Shown here: positions 1 to 12,318 of the stretch, piece after piece
How the letters are laid out: each line of letters begins with the position of its first letter
Numbering within the stretch: the first letter of the stretch is position 1
Assembly (NCBI RefSeq): GCF_964194155.1
Contig: NC_135896.1
Location: 39,122,001-39,186,000 of the forward strand
Direction: 5' to 3'
From: Cetorhinus maximus
Taxonomy: Eukaryota
Length of the DNA: 64,000 bases
Notes under the pieces: model-generated
What the model saw: only the letters and a program-made list of their open reading frames with translations
What the model was told of the DNA's origin: nothing
Database searches by the model: none
Translations under genes and position numbers: made by a program

Positions 1-1119
1 CTATCTTTATGAAATAAAATGTCTTTCTTTTTAAAACCACAAAAATGAGTTACAGCAGTAACACGCCCAACATAAGGAGCAATTTCTTTGTGAAAAATGG
101 TTGGCAAAGCCTTTTTTGTTTGGGAAGAGAAAAATTCAGGAGAGTCAAGTGTCTGTGGTAATTCACCTGCAAAAGGCACAAGATATCTATTGGCAGAATT
201 TATTTCATGTTAGTATTTCATCTGTTGGTAAACAAACAAGACATTTTGCAGACACTTTTTCTTGAAATTTGTTTTATTTAAAAATTACATATTGGAGAAT
301 TGGAAAGTACATTAATTAAACTGACAGAGCGCTGAAGAATTTTACCTGTGGTAGTGCAATGACCTATACTAGGAATCAGAATGTCATGCAGCTTGGCTGA
401 AAATACTGATACGTGACTCTTTGCTTGAGTCATTAGGAAGCTCTTTAAAGTCCCCTTTAATCAATTGCACACCAACAGTCATGTGTCTGATATATTTGTT
501 CAGGAATACATAACCTTGCACTGAAAGGTTTTTAGTGCAAGCAGGCAATCTAACACCAGTGAGAGATGTCTGCTGCCATAGATTAATTTATTTTGACTTT
601 GATATAGATTCAGATTATTTTAAGAAAGATAACATGAAAGATTAAGCCAAAATGTCTTAATTAACTAATTGCACGTAAGTGTAGTATTTAATATTCTTTC
701 ATAGTTTTTCTTGATAACTAAACTATCTGATTTTGCTTTGGAACTTAATTATATTTTTCAACCTGAAATTTGATTGTAATTTTTAAGCAACTGAGATTTT
801 ACACAAGGGTAGAACTAAAATAAACGGGCCTGAATTTGTGAACTAGGCATTTTTGGGTTATAAAAACCAACATATTACCATAGCCAAGAAAACTGTACTG
901 ATAGAAATGATCATGGATCTTGTTACTTACTATATTTTCATATATCACTCCTGAGTTATTTTTCCATGTCACTCTTCTTCTGTCCCATGCTGTCCTGAAT
1001 GCATTGAAGCTTTGCTGGGGAATGTTTCCATGGATACTGGCCACCCTCTGCTGCGCCATCAGTATCCATGTGTAGCTTTTACTAATGATTTCTGGCAGGC
1101 TATTTAACTACAGGGGGCA

Positions 1120-1345
1120 ATGCAACTGATCCAGTCTTGTCCTCACCCAATATCCCCACAGCCATGTTTCCAGCAGGGGTATCCAGATAATGGTTACGAG
1201 CAGCACCAACACTGGCATTACTTTCCCTAATACATGGGTACAGAAGCAAAATTGCAGCCTGTTGAGATCAGCTATTCAGCATAAACTAGTGATTTGAATG
1301 TGGGATCTGTTGTTCTACACAGCTCTGCTGTCAACAGATAAGCTT
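1120..1345 (-). mobile_element. Degenerate tRNA-derived SINE remnant
   Basis: The stretch gagatcagctattcagcataaactagtgatttgaatgtggga is the reverse complement of a decayed tRNA-like head (B-box region) plus a short body. Old, with fuzzy boundaries. Confidence 0.35.
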
Positions 1346-1849
1346 GCTGAATCACACGGTAGGCCTCAACTTCCAGTTTTAATGTTAACTATTTTTTGTT
1401 TTATGGTGTAAATTTTATTCTTGTTCTAGGTTTGCTTACAATGAAAGGTTAAAAAATAACATAATGGAGTCATTAAGACAAATCCAGAAGGTCGTTTAAC
1501 ATTAATCACCTCAATTCTGTTCCATTAGTTATTTTCTCTTCACTTTAATGCCTTCAACTCTACACTTTGGTTTCTCAAAGTGAGTAGAAAAGCAACCAGG
1601 CCTCTGGCATTCTTTTGTGTTCAGTGAATAACTGAACTGGAAGAGTATCATAGATTGACTTATCTTTGAAGCTTTTCTCTTCCTCCAGTAATATTTGTCT
1701 GCTCGGTGGCTCTATCAAGTAGACTGGGTAACAACAGGAACTCATGCCATGGGAACCACCTATTGCTCTCTAGTACCAATATATTAGTGTGCCAACATAC
1801 AGGGTCTTTCTAGTGTGAAAGGATTAACGAATCAGAAGCTCCAATGTCT

Positions 1850-1955
1850 ATTGCAGTTCCTTTATTAAAACAGTGACAAACTTCAAAAAGTATTGGCTAT
1901 AAAGTGCTTTTGGTTATCCTGAGGTTGCTATATAAATGCAAGTCTGTCTTCTCTT
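1850..1955 (+). mobile_element. 3' tail of a Deu-domain-type SINE
   Basis: aacagtgacaaacttcaaaaagtattggctataaagtgctttt...gctatataaatgcaagtctgtctt resembles the better-preserved copy at 18381-18570. Confidence 0.5.
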
Positions 1956-2139
1956 TCTATTTACTAGCTATTATTTTTAACAATGTTTGATGACACACCC
2001 AACTTCATCCTTGCTACAACAATGGCTTAAAGGTCATCAGCTATCAAAGCACATTAAATAATGCAACAAAAGGTAAATCTCAAGGACACCTGTACATAAG
2101 AGTATGAAAATAAGAAATCCTCCCAACTTAATTTCCAAT

Positions 2140-2595
2140 GCAACTGTCTAAGGCTGAACCAGGCTGTCCGTAAATCTCCCAACCACATATCCGCACAATT
2201 ACTAAGACCGCCTATTTCAATCTCCATAACATCACCTGACTCCATCCCTTCCTCAGATCATCCATGACTTTGTTACCTCCAGACTTGACTATTGCTTAAC
2301 TGGCCTCCAACATTCCATTCTGTGTAAACTTGAGGTCTCTAAACTCTGCTACCTGTATCCTACGTTGCACAGCATCATACCTGTTTTCGCTCTGGAATTC
2401 CCTCCCTAAATCTCTCCACCTCTCTATCTCTCAAGATACCCCTTTAAACCAATGATCAAGCTTCTGGTCATCTTTCCCAACATCTATGCATGCAGCTTGG
2501 TGTCAGATTTTGTTGTATAAACGCTCCTCTGAAAGGCCTTGGGATATTTTATTACACTAAAGGTGCTATGTAAATACAAGTCGATGTTGTATTGT
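2140..2595 (+). mobile_element. L2 LINE 3' fragment
   Basis: Decayed ORF2 C-terminus (ITKTAYF.L.NI, FVTSRLDY) followed by the L2-type tail aaaggtgctatgtaaatacaagtcgatgttg. Confidence 0.75.
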
Positions 2596-3648
2596 ATATC
2601 CTGATCTATGCATAAATCTGCAAATTCAACTGCTTTTAAATAAAGTAACCATAATCATTGTTAGCAACAGAACGTAATCTTTAAAAATTGCATGCAATTA
2701 CCATTCTAAATATATTGTGGCTTTTTCCAGTAGCTTACTAGAATAGCTAATGAAGGAGTATAAGATGAAACATGATTGCTACTTTCCTGTCTTCCTTTTT
2801 CTGTCAATTTTCTTCCCTTTGCTATCTTGCTATCCTTCATACTAACCTAGACAGACAGTATCAGCAGAGTATGAACCTCTCTTGAAAATAACCTACATGT
2901 CACCTTGCAGTAGATATTTCTTTGTGACAAGCTAAGGAGCAGCATTGGCAGAGATTTGAAAGCAAGTCATCTAGCCGGCTGGTATATGAGACAGTTAAAA
3001 TGAGGAAGTCAGGACTAAGCAGAAGTCAGAGGCACTTTTTCAAAAATGATAATAGATATCTGATGGACAAAAAGTGCATTCATGTAACACAAGGGCACCA
3101 GTAATGGAAATTTTACATGATATGGATAGACCAGAAAGGAGGAGAAAAATAATTCAAGATGAATTGGGGGAGGGGGGGGGGACAGGGAGAAAATAAGTCA
3201 CATTTGCACATAGATTGGTCATTGTGCCCTTTCCTTTCTCTATATTTAATCTTATTAAAATAAAAAAAAACAACTAGATCAAAAATATCAGAAATGTGGA
3301 TTTATGACTGCTGTACTAGAGACCATGGTCCCAAAATTGGATAATCCTGAAAATGGGCAAGGGAATCTCGATGCACAATTAACCCCAGTCGCTTCCAATG
3401 CAGGCAGCATGCAAACTTCTTGTTGTCTTCTCATTTAAATGATTGTAGCATGCAGCCAGCACTAAGCGTGCTGTCGAGCGGCTGCATGCCTGAGCAGGAG
3501 ATACAGGATTATGAGAAGCTAGCACAAGTTCAAGCCAGCCTGTGCTATTTAAAGCCAGCCTACACAGCTAAAAGGGGACGTGAAATTTAACTGGAGCAGT
3601 AGCTGGAAGTCATTGTGAAAGTGAGTTTGACCTGGGAAAGACAAGAGA

Positions 3649-4330
3649 ATGGCTCAACATGACAGAAAGTGGGCTCCGAGATTTGCTGATGCTGCAATAG
3701 GGGCCTTGATGCGGGATGTGCAGAGGAGTAGAGATATCATTTATCCACAGGAGATCACGAGGCCATCCAGACAAGTATTGCAAAGGCACTGGGAGCAGAT
3801 AGCAGGGTGGTCAATGTCAGCAATCTAGCCCTAAGGACATGGATGCAATGGCATAAGAAATTTCATGAGCTCACACAAGTGGTCAAGGCCTATGAATATA
3901 TCTTCAAATGCCATATGCCACCATCTGCACTTCATGCTTCACACGCTGCCCAATTCACCACACCCTCATCACTCACATACCAATAATCATTACTAACTGC
4001 AGCCCACAATTAAGTTCATAGCTTCACCTCACTCTCACACACTTAGCACTACTGCAGGACTCACCCATACATCAATCTGACAATTGTTCAACCATGAGAG
4101 CCACCATCACCCAAACACATTACACCACACTCACTAACACAATTCTCTCTCCTGCAGGACAAGATGGTGCATAACCAGGGGCAGAAACAGCTAAGCAGCA
4201 GGGACAGGCATGACTCTGTCTGTCTGTCCTTACCACCGCCGCGCCCCCCCCCCCCCCCCCCCCCCCCCCCATTGGAGCAGATGGTGGTTGGCATCATTAG
4301 AGTGGCCATGAATGAGATTGTGTCCAACAG
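3649..4330 (+). pseudogene. Harbinger Myb/SANT-like DNA-binding protein, exons 1-2, degenerate
   Basis: ATG 3649 reads MAQHDRKWAPRFADAAIGALMRDVQRSRDIIYPQ...HWEQIA, then after a frameshift RTWMQWHKKFHELTQVVK (Myb/SANT tryptophan pattern). Acceptor ctcctgcag precedes exon 2 at 4158 (DKMVHN). Confidence 0.75.
4244..4270. repeat. Poly-C run (27 nt)
   Basis: Directly visible homopolymer inside Myb exon 2. Confidence 0.95.
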
Positions 4331-5059
4331 TGGAGCTGAAACCTACTGTCTCAGTCTCCATTGCCGCACTAGCAGAAGCCACGCAATGTGTGGTTCAGAC
4401 TTCTCTTAAGCAGGCTCTGTTTGCTGCCATAGAAGTTCAGACTGCTGCCACCATGACCTCAAATACCAGTATTCAAAAGGGCTCTCACAGCAGTCCAGCT
4501 ACTGTACTCCAACATGTGATTAGGATTGCTGAGGTGATGCCCCAGGGGAGTGGCAATGGAACCATGGAACAAGAACCTCTGTCCTCTGTCAGGATGACAG
4601 CATTCATCCTCCCACCTCTGCCACTTAACCAGTGACCTTGCTGCTGTCGGCAGCCTTCCCAGACTGTTGTCACCTATGCCAAGATGGTGCAGTCCAAAGC
4701 TGAGCATCGTAGGGCCAGAGCAACTCAAAGGTCAATCTTGCAAAGCCACCTGTAGTCTCCCCATTGAAAATCAGCAGCCTTCACCAACCATGCTGCAGCC
4801 ATGGGAGTAACACTGTGTTGGAGTGCTAGACAAGGCAAAGCACCAGAAAGATAGGTGCAATGGAAATACACAGTGACAATTAGTTAACATTTATGTGAAA
4901 TAAGGCATGGTTTGATTTATAAATTTGGTTTGGAATGTCCATTTTGTTGACATTTTTATTTTTGCATAATGGACAGGTGGGTGCTGTTGATGGCAGAGTG
5001 ACAGAGGAAAGGTAAGGTGTGGGACTTTTGGGGAATGTGCTTTCGGGTTTGCATACATA

Positions 5060-5700
5060 GTTGATGAGTCAATCATGGGCAACTTGGCTGTACAGGGGCC
5101 TGTTGGTTGCCTCTTCCCTTCCTCCTCCTCAGCAGCTTGCCATATAGATGGTAGCAAGGACTGTGCCCTCATGATGGCGAGGTTGTGAATGTGCAGTGTG
5201 CAGTGTGCAGCAGACCACCACGAATCTTGACACCCATACTGCCAATGCTGCATGATTCCTCCAGACCGGCCCAGGCAGCAGGAGCATTGTTTAAGCACTC
5301 CGATGGTCTGCTCCATCACAATTTGTGTGACAGTATGGTTTTCATCGTGAGCATTTAGCTTACGTGTGCATGGCTTATGCACCGCTGTCAGGAGCCATGT
5401 CATCACAGGATATCCCTTGTCACCCAAAAGCAACCTTCTGGTTTGCCATAGTGGCTCAAATGCTAATGGCACAGTGCACTGCGGCAGAATGAAAGTATCC
5501 TGATCACTGCCAGGATACTGGGCATTGACCTGCATGATATGCTGCATATGGTAGCACACCAGCTGGAGGTTGAAGAAGCAGAATCCTTTTCGGTTGTGGT
5601 ACATCTCACAGTTGACGTGTGGTAGACACAGTGACATGTGTGCAGGCAATACCCAGCACCATGGTGGAGCCTGCAATCCTCGCAAAGCTGTGTGCCTACT
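5060..5700 (-). pseudogene. HARBI1-type DDE transposase, catalytic region, degenerate
   Basis: ORF 4891..5685 contains YHNRKGF..NLQLVC, YPGSDQDTFIL, LLGDKGYP, MEQTIGVLKQ and HNLAI, all DDE_Tnp_4/HARBI1 motifs. Confidence 0.85.
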
Positions 5701-5704
5701 GCCT

Positions 5705-6305
5705 ACTTTTTTTATTATTATTCATTCATGAGATGTGGGCTTCGCTGGCTGAGCCAGCATTTATTGCCCATCCCTAGTTGCCCTTGAGAAGGTGGTGGTG
5801 AGCTGCCTTCTTGAACCGCTGCAGTCCATGTGGTGTGGGTACACCCACAGTGCTGAATGCACACTCCACCTGCTGCTGCCTGGCAACAATGAATCAAATG
5901 TTTTCAACTGCCTTTGTCCTTCTAGCTGGTACAGCTTGTGGGTTTAGAAGGTATTATTAAAGGAGATAAAAGCAAAAAACTGCGGATGCTGGAAATCCAA
6001 AACAAAACCAAAATACCTGGAAAAACTCAGCAAGTCTGACAGCATCTGCGGAGAGGAACACAGTTAACGTTTCGAGTCCGAATTTTTTTTTTAAGGGTCA
6101 TTCGGACTCGAAACGTTAACTGTGTTCCTCTCCGCAGATGCTGCCGGACTATTAAAGGAGCCTTGATGAGTGGCTGCAGTGCATCTTGTAAATGGTAGAC
6201 ACTGCTGCCACTCTGCATTGGTGGTGGAGGGAGAGAATGTTTAAGGTGGTCGATGGGGTGCCAATCAAGCAGGTTGCTTTGTCCTGGATGCTGTTGAGCT
6301 TCCAG
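5705..6305 (-). mobile_element. 3' fragment of CR1-group LINE (family Z)
   Basis: Reverse complement of the tail aagggcaactagggatgggcaataaatgctggc...cccacatctcatgaatgaata, also seen at 10810, 21205 and 46398. Interrupted by a Penelope remnant. Confidence 0.8.
5966..6149. mobile_element. Penelope-like element terminal remnant, fold-back structure, 11-bp TSD
   Basis: Inverted arms (cagcatctgcggagaggaacacagttaacgtttcgagtccgaa and its reverse complement), flanked by TATTAAAGGAG at 5955-5965 and 6150-6160. Confidence 0.8.
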
Positions 6306-6419
6306 TGAGGAAACATCCATTATTTCGAGAAATTCCGAAAATCAATGTGATTGATGCATGCAATGTTTGAGCCAGCCTGGGCAGTCACTCATTCTCTCTT
6401 TTCTCCATCCCAGGTTCCA

Positions 6420-7380
6420 GCAAGAAGAGAGAGAGGCCAGTCTCCTCCACTGAAAAAAGCCCAAACCCCCAGACCTCCTCGGGGGAAGAAGAGTTCTTAC
6501 CTGTAGAGCTGTCACAGCATTCACCTGCAGCCTCCACCAGCCCAGAGACACACACCTCGGTGAGTCATAGATCTAGTGTAAGCTCAGGTGCACACTCTGG
6601 TGATCACGGGTCCACAGCAGGTGGAGACAGGGACAGCCAAGTTCTCTGGCACTTGGAGGACTGTTAGAGACCAGGCCCAAGCTAAGTCCAAATCCAATGA
6701 CGAGCCTCTGGAATCAGCCATAGAGAAAATGCTGGAGATACAAAGAGAAACATGGGAACATCAGTCAGAGCTGTCAGAGACCTTCAACAGAGTGGAACGA
6801 GAGATGGAGGAGTCCATCCACCTACTCTCTGATGTCGAGGCTCCGACCTGTGAGCGCATTGAAGTCTCCCTGAGGAGGATGGCAGATGTCATGGAGACCC
6901 AGGGCTAGCAGAATGCACAGTTTCAGCCGGAAATGCACTCGGACCTGGACACCATCATGGCTGTGTTCCAGCGGTGACTAGGTGAGACGTGGATGGGGCA
7001 CCTCAATCTTCCTCCAGGTGCTCCTTCTCCTCAAGGAGTCAGGGCGGGGCCCTCAGTCATGCAAAGGGAGGACGAGCATCAGCCAGTCACCCCAGGGCAT
7101 CCACCCAGGACACTCCAAGGGTCTCCAAGCAATCCCAATCCCCTCTGCCTGTGACCCGATCAGCTCCAGCTGCTCAGGCTGAGAAGGGTGCACCTGCCCA
7201 TGAGCAGGAGACCCAAAGCAGGCTGGGATCCTCCAGGCCTCAGACCTCCAGAGGATGTCTGCTAAAGTCATCACAGACTAGAGGGCATAGCGGTCAGCAG
7301 GCTGCCTCCACCTCTGCTGTGAATGCCTGGGATGCATTCAGACATAGCGGTAGGGTTAGAAGGATTAAGAAGTTCTTAAT
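6420..7380 (+). pseudogene. Harbinger Myb-like gene last exon (coiled-coil and basic tail), degenerate
   Basis: ORFs 6588..6908 (DEPLESAIEKMLEIQRETWEHQSELSETFNRVEREMEES) and 6989.. (RHSGRVRRIKKF) resemble 38317..39013 and 54394..54822. Confidence 0.65.
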
Positions 7381-8139
7381 TCACACTGGTGGCACAGGTG
7401 TACAATCATTGCATATAGTTTGGGCACTTGTAAATATATGTTCAATTGAACTATTTGGGAGTTTCATGGATGCATTCTTGCTGCTAGTTGCTTTAATGTT
7501 CATGTATACGCCATCCCTCCTGGGTGAAGGACATCTGGGAGGACCAAGGATGGGTGTCTCGCCCCTTAATGCATGCTTGCGCATGGAGCCATCGCTCTTT
7601 GACAAGGGTGATGAGAGCCATGTGCGAGAAGCTTCAATCTCACACTATTGCACTTGCCTCCACTGCCCTTGAGACTATTAGAAAGACTAACTACTTGAAT
7701 CCTTGTCAGGCAAGACCCCCAGGAGGATGGAGGTTTGCAGTCGTGGTTTGTCTGCCATTCACCTGCATGCTCCTTGTAGGCATACACCTCCCTCTCTCCT
7801 TTCACCCCTAGCTATGACTGGAGCTGATGCCAAATGGCTCAGAGTGAACAGCAGCTCTAAACCTTGCTGGGACTTCATTGTTATGAGAACCCTCTGGGCC
7901 AGACCTTTTGCCATATGAGCTTCACCAGGCAGTGAGGATTTCAAAAGAACAAAGCTCTCATACAGGTTCCTCATGATTATAAGGGTGTACCTTTAATTAT
8001 CCAGTTGTGCTAACCTTCAGCTCCACTCACCCAAGAAGACTCTGCTTCCACCTTGATGTTTTTCAGTTGGAGATCAAGGGCGTTCCTTGCTGGCGAGCTG
8101 CCTTTATATTAAGATGCTGTGTAACCTTTCAGACTGTCT

Positions 8140-8740
8140 CCACCACATTTTACCCTCCTCCTGTCACCCACCAACTTCTCCCATCACCATTGAACCCCCC
8201 ACAATGTAACCTTCTCTCTCCCCTCTATCACACTTGAACCTCCCCCCTTCACCTTGGACCGATAACTGTTAACCTCGACCTGCCTTCCCTGCCAGATGAG
8301 CCCACCCCAGTCACAGTGCCCATGCCCACCCTGAAACTGCCCACTCCCGTTATCCATGCCACTATTCTTGTCCCCATCAATGACCCTCCCAATGAGAACT
8401 ACACCCACCACACCCACACCCTGACCCTCCTACCGCAGCCCACTTCCCCCTCTCACAGTGACCATTCCTTCCTACCACCAGCACCCTCAGTTCTCACCCC
8501 CAGGACTCTACCACTGACTCGATGGACCCTGCCCTATGAATCACTCTGTCCCATTAAGCACTCTGCCCCCACCCCACCTTCCCCGCTCTTCCCTTTCATG
8601 CCTTCCTTCCCTGTTCACTCCACCACACCCCTCGTCTCTTCCAACACCCCTTCCCCTGTGTCTTTCACCCCTACCCCTTTGTCTCTTCCAGCAGCCCTTC
8701 CCCTCATGTCTTCCACCCCTTCCCCTCCCTTCGTCTCTTC
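8140..8740. repeat. C/T-rich low-complexity tract
   Basis: Strongly pyrimidine-skewed sequence that produces spurious Pro-rich ORFs. Confidence 0.7.
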
Positions 8741-9501
8741 CGTGTGCATCATGTCCTGTGGCTATCAGCAATGGTGCTGACAACGTTGATTGGCTGGTGA
8801 GTAATGAAAGTTTCCCCTGCTGGGAGCACGCCACGTTTGTAAAATTGGGAAATAGGACAGTGCAAGTTCCCGCTGGCGGGGTAGTAGATTGGATGGGGCC
8901 TGAAGATTCCAGTCTATTGGGGTTTTAATGCACATTTATGGGATGCAAAATTCCCAACATTGACCAATGGGAAAGGTGATCCGCCATTAACCCCCCATGA
9001 AAATCTGGTGAGGAAGATTGTGAAATGATTTCCCAACGTCAGGAAACTGATATTTGGCCCACCACCACATCTTCCTTCCCTCCCTTACGTAACAATAGAT
9101 GGCAAATTGGGAGATATTGCGACTATTGCCTGCTTCAGCCTGGATGCATAAACGTTTATGGCTACGGTCACCTTCATAGCCACTGGCAATGCCATCTTCG
9201 TCCTGCATAAGGCTGTTGTCCTAGTTACAGCAGGTGACAGATTTCAGCGATGACTCCTTATTGAAACAGTGATGACTGGCACATTGTTTCTTCTTAAAGT
9301 TCTGGCAAGAGAAATGCTCCCTGAACAGCCTGGATGAATATGACTTCCTGCTGAGACCCCTTCTCACACTCCTCCTTCTTCCAGCAGCTTGTCCAGTTCT
9401 GTGCCACCTCTGCTTATCCTTCTGTCATGCTGTAGACCAAGGGGGATGCATACTAATATATCCATGTCTGGAACCAAGTGCAGAATATTTGAAGTCAAGA
9501 C

Positions 9502-9687
9502 ATGAGGTCTCGCTGGCCATCCTCATTTAAAATACTTCACAAATGTAGCTGCAAGGAAACAAGGTCACAGCTATTAGTCTGAGTTAAGGTACCACTTGAT
9601 TATGATTCAGACTGATAGCTGTGACCTTGTTTCCTTGCAGCTACATTTGTGAAGTATTTTAAATGGGGATGGCCAGCGAGACCTCAT
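9502..9687. repeat. Near-perfect inverted repeat: 85-bp arms, 16-nt loop
   Basis: 9502-9586 pairs with 9603-9687 with four non-Watson-Crick positions, all T/G on the + strand. No TSD is visible. Confidence 0.95.
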
Positions 9688-10299
9688 AGGCAAGGCCTCT
9701 CATTAACAAGGATATTTCTGCATGGTAGAAACACTCAGAGCTCATTAGTAATTCTATTTAAGATTTTTAAACAGTTGGTGGTCTCAGCAGTAGACAACCT
9801 CCACAATCTTATTAACGGCCAACTGTCTATTCAAATCATTTCCAAAACACAAGTTTATTGAAATTCATTTTACTTCATTCATCATTTTATAAGCAGTTAA
9901 GTCCAATCTACTTTTCACACACACCATTAGCCTCTTCTACTGAAAACAGCAAATGGGAGACTGTTTCTTTCCATCTTTTAGGTTTAGTGAAATCTTAAGC
10001 CTTTAATGTGTACAGTTATTTTTAACAATACCTTAACAAATACAGTTTACTTCTATCTCTTTTGTTTATGCATTTAATCAAATTTTGCTTTCGAGTAGAT
10101 ATCTATTAATGGAATTTATATAAAATAGATAAGATTCTGGTCAGCAACTTAGGGGAAGGAAAGGGACAAATTGCACTTCATCCACAGTTGTTATTTAAGT
10201 GGAAAGCCAAAATAGCTACTTCAGGAACGTCATGAAGCTTGTATTTGTACTGAAAAATTACTCACTTTACTATAAGGAAAAACTTATTGGCAGCATTAT

Positions 10300-10450
10300 T
10301 TTCATCAGAACTGGAAAAAGCTAGAGATGTAACAAGTTTTTTCACAAGTACAGAGGCATGGTATAAAACAACAGAGGAGATTAATGTTGTTTCTCTCTCA
10401 CAGATGCTGCCTGGCTGGCTGAATGTTTCCAGTATTTCTTTTTTCAGTTT
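10300..10450. mobile_element. Old Penelope-like terminal remnant
   Basis: tcatcagaactgg (reverse complement of ccagttctgatga) followed by ctctcacagatgctgcctggctggctgaatgtttccag. Confidence 0.5.
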
Positions 10451-10809
10451 ATATTTCTAGGTGTTAATGTTGGGGTTACCCTTACTAAATTTAATGATTC
10501 AGATGTTAGGTAGGCCTCTTGTGGAATATTAGCCAAGATACGGGATTTTCTTATCTCTCTTTCCCTACGGTTGGTGATTCTTCTTCAGCCCCCATATAGT
10601 CATACACTTATTGAGCAGGGTATTGGAATGGTCCAGATGGTTTACAGTTCCACACCTTTAATATTGACGCCAGATGGACCTTGTGACCAGTTTTGCCTCT
10701 TTCCCTCAGATGATCTGGGTAGGACCATTAACCCACCTGTGGAAACCCAACTGTGTGTGTGTCACTTACAACTACAAGGGGCATAATTGAAGGATTTTAA
10801 AAAATATAT

Positions 10810-11280
10810 ATTATTTCACAGGATGTGTGCATTGTTAGCTAGGCCAGCATTTATTGCCCGTCCCTAATTGTCCTTGAGAAGGTGGTGGTGAGCCATCTTT
10901 TTGAACCACTGCAGTCCTCATGGTGCAGGAACACCCACAGTGCTATTAGGAAGGGAGTTTCAGAATTTTAATCCAGTGACAGTGAAGAAATGGAGATATG
11001 ATTCCAAGTCAGAATGGTGTTGCCTTGGAGAGGAACTTCCAGGTGGTGGTGTTCCCATGCATTTGCTGCCCTTGTCCTTCTAAGTGGTAGAGGTCATGGG
11101 TTTGGAAGGTGCTGTTGAAGGAGCCTCGGTGAGTTGCTGCACTGCATCTTGTAGATTGTACAGACTGCTGCCACTGTGCATCAGCAGTGGAGGGAGTGAA
11201 TGTTAAGAGTGGTGGATGGAGTGCCTGTCAAGCGGGCTGCTTTGTCCTGGATGGGATTGAGCTTCTTGAGTGTTATTGAG
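10810..11280 (-). mobile_element. 3' fragment of CR1-group LINE (family Z)
   Basis: Same 3' tail and ORF2 end as 21205-21630 and 46398-46760. Confidence 0.85.
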
Positions 11281-11640
11281 TGAATATGCTAGTTGCTCAG
11301 TTGAATGTCACTTAATTTTCCAATTTTTTAAGATTAAAATCTATATAATGTGATGGGAAAAATGTTTAGAATTAACAAGACTCCACAATTTTTGTGAAAA
11401 TTCCAAATTATCCAAAGGTGCATGCTCCTGGATCCATTTAGAAGTTCACAGGGTGGATTGGTGGTGTTGTGGGGTGATAAGGGTGCAGGGGCGGGGGGGC
11501 GTGTAATGGAGTGGCATAATTGGAAAGAATTGCTTATAACTCTAAATTTCTTACCTTGAGTCCTGGTTGGTAGTGGTGATAAGAATGTTAGCATTATGCA
11601 TGCCTGTGATTTTTACTCACACCTGCACTTCACTGACATA

Positions 11641-12318
11641 GGGCTGAATCTTCGGCTCGGCGAGCCGGGGCAGGGCCCACTTGCCAAGGCGTAAAATGAC
11701 ACAGGGTGACGTTGGGCGTGCATCAGACGTCGGCTGTGCACCCACCAAATTGTCAACGGCCTGTTAAGGCCATTAATGAACTAATTAAGCCAATTGAGAA
11801 AGCTGCCCGTCCAACCTTAAGGTTGTCGGGCAGGCGAAGAGCCCAGGCGGCCTTCACATTTTTCATGGAACTTCAACAACAGGCGGAATGAGGTTTCATG
11901 AATTATTTAAAATTTCCAGAAAATTTTTAATTAAAATTTTATTAAATTTTATTAAAATTAATGCACATGTCCCAGCTCATGTGACAGTTTCACATGAGGG
12001 GACATGTCATAAAAATTTTATTTTAATAAAAACTTTATTACACTGTTTAAACTTAAAACTAATCTCCCTGAGGCACCTCTGTGCTAATAGAGATTTCTGC
12101 GTTCTTTCACGCGCATGCACAAAAGAACGCACTCCCAACTCAGGGAACACTCCCTGTCTGCACAGGGAGTGCTCAGCGCTTCCGGGTATGCGTCACGCTG
12201 GGCAGGCCTTAATTGGCCCGCCCACATAAAATGGCAGCATGGACCTGATCAGGGGCACCGATCGGGTCTGCGCCCGCCCCTGCCCCTGCACAACCCCCGC
12301 AATGGGAAAATTCTACCC
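11641..12318. mobile_element. Harbinger MITE, hairpin-chain family, copy A
   Basis: Termini GGGCTGAATCTT / AAAATTCTACCC, ATA duplicated on both sides. Subterminal sequence is shared with H2/H3. Confidence 0.9.

Larger units (their letters stand above)
3327..5700. mobile_element. Truncated PIF/Harbinger transposon (H1): Myb/SANT gene on +, transposase C-terminal half on -
   Basis: TIR-like GGTCCCAAAATT at 3327 and the same convergent Myb-like/DDE layout as the fuller copies at 36381 and 53242. The right part is lost at the LINE at about 5705. Confidence 0.8.
6340..9060. mobile_element. Internally deleted Harbinger derivative (H1b)
   Basis: Carries a Myb-gene last exon homologous to H2/H3 (DEPLESAI...MLEIQRE), has no DDE motifs, and ends in TIR-like gatatttggccc at 9049-9060. 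Confidence 0.6.

Noticed and set aside
1430-1490. Possible host exon (ttctag|...FAYNERLKNNIMESLRQIQK|gtcgtt)
   Set aside because: Good acceptor but weak donor, and the peptide is not recognisable. It cannot be supported without RNA data.
7400-8110. Possible cargo gene in H1b opposite the Myb exon
   Set aside because: Only short, inconsistent ORFs. Better explained as transposase UTR remnants around a deletion.
8316-8928. Pro/Ser/Thr-rich ORFs
   Set aside because: By-products of a C-rich low-complexity tract.
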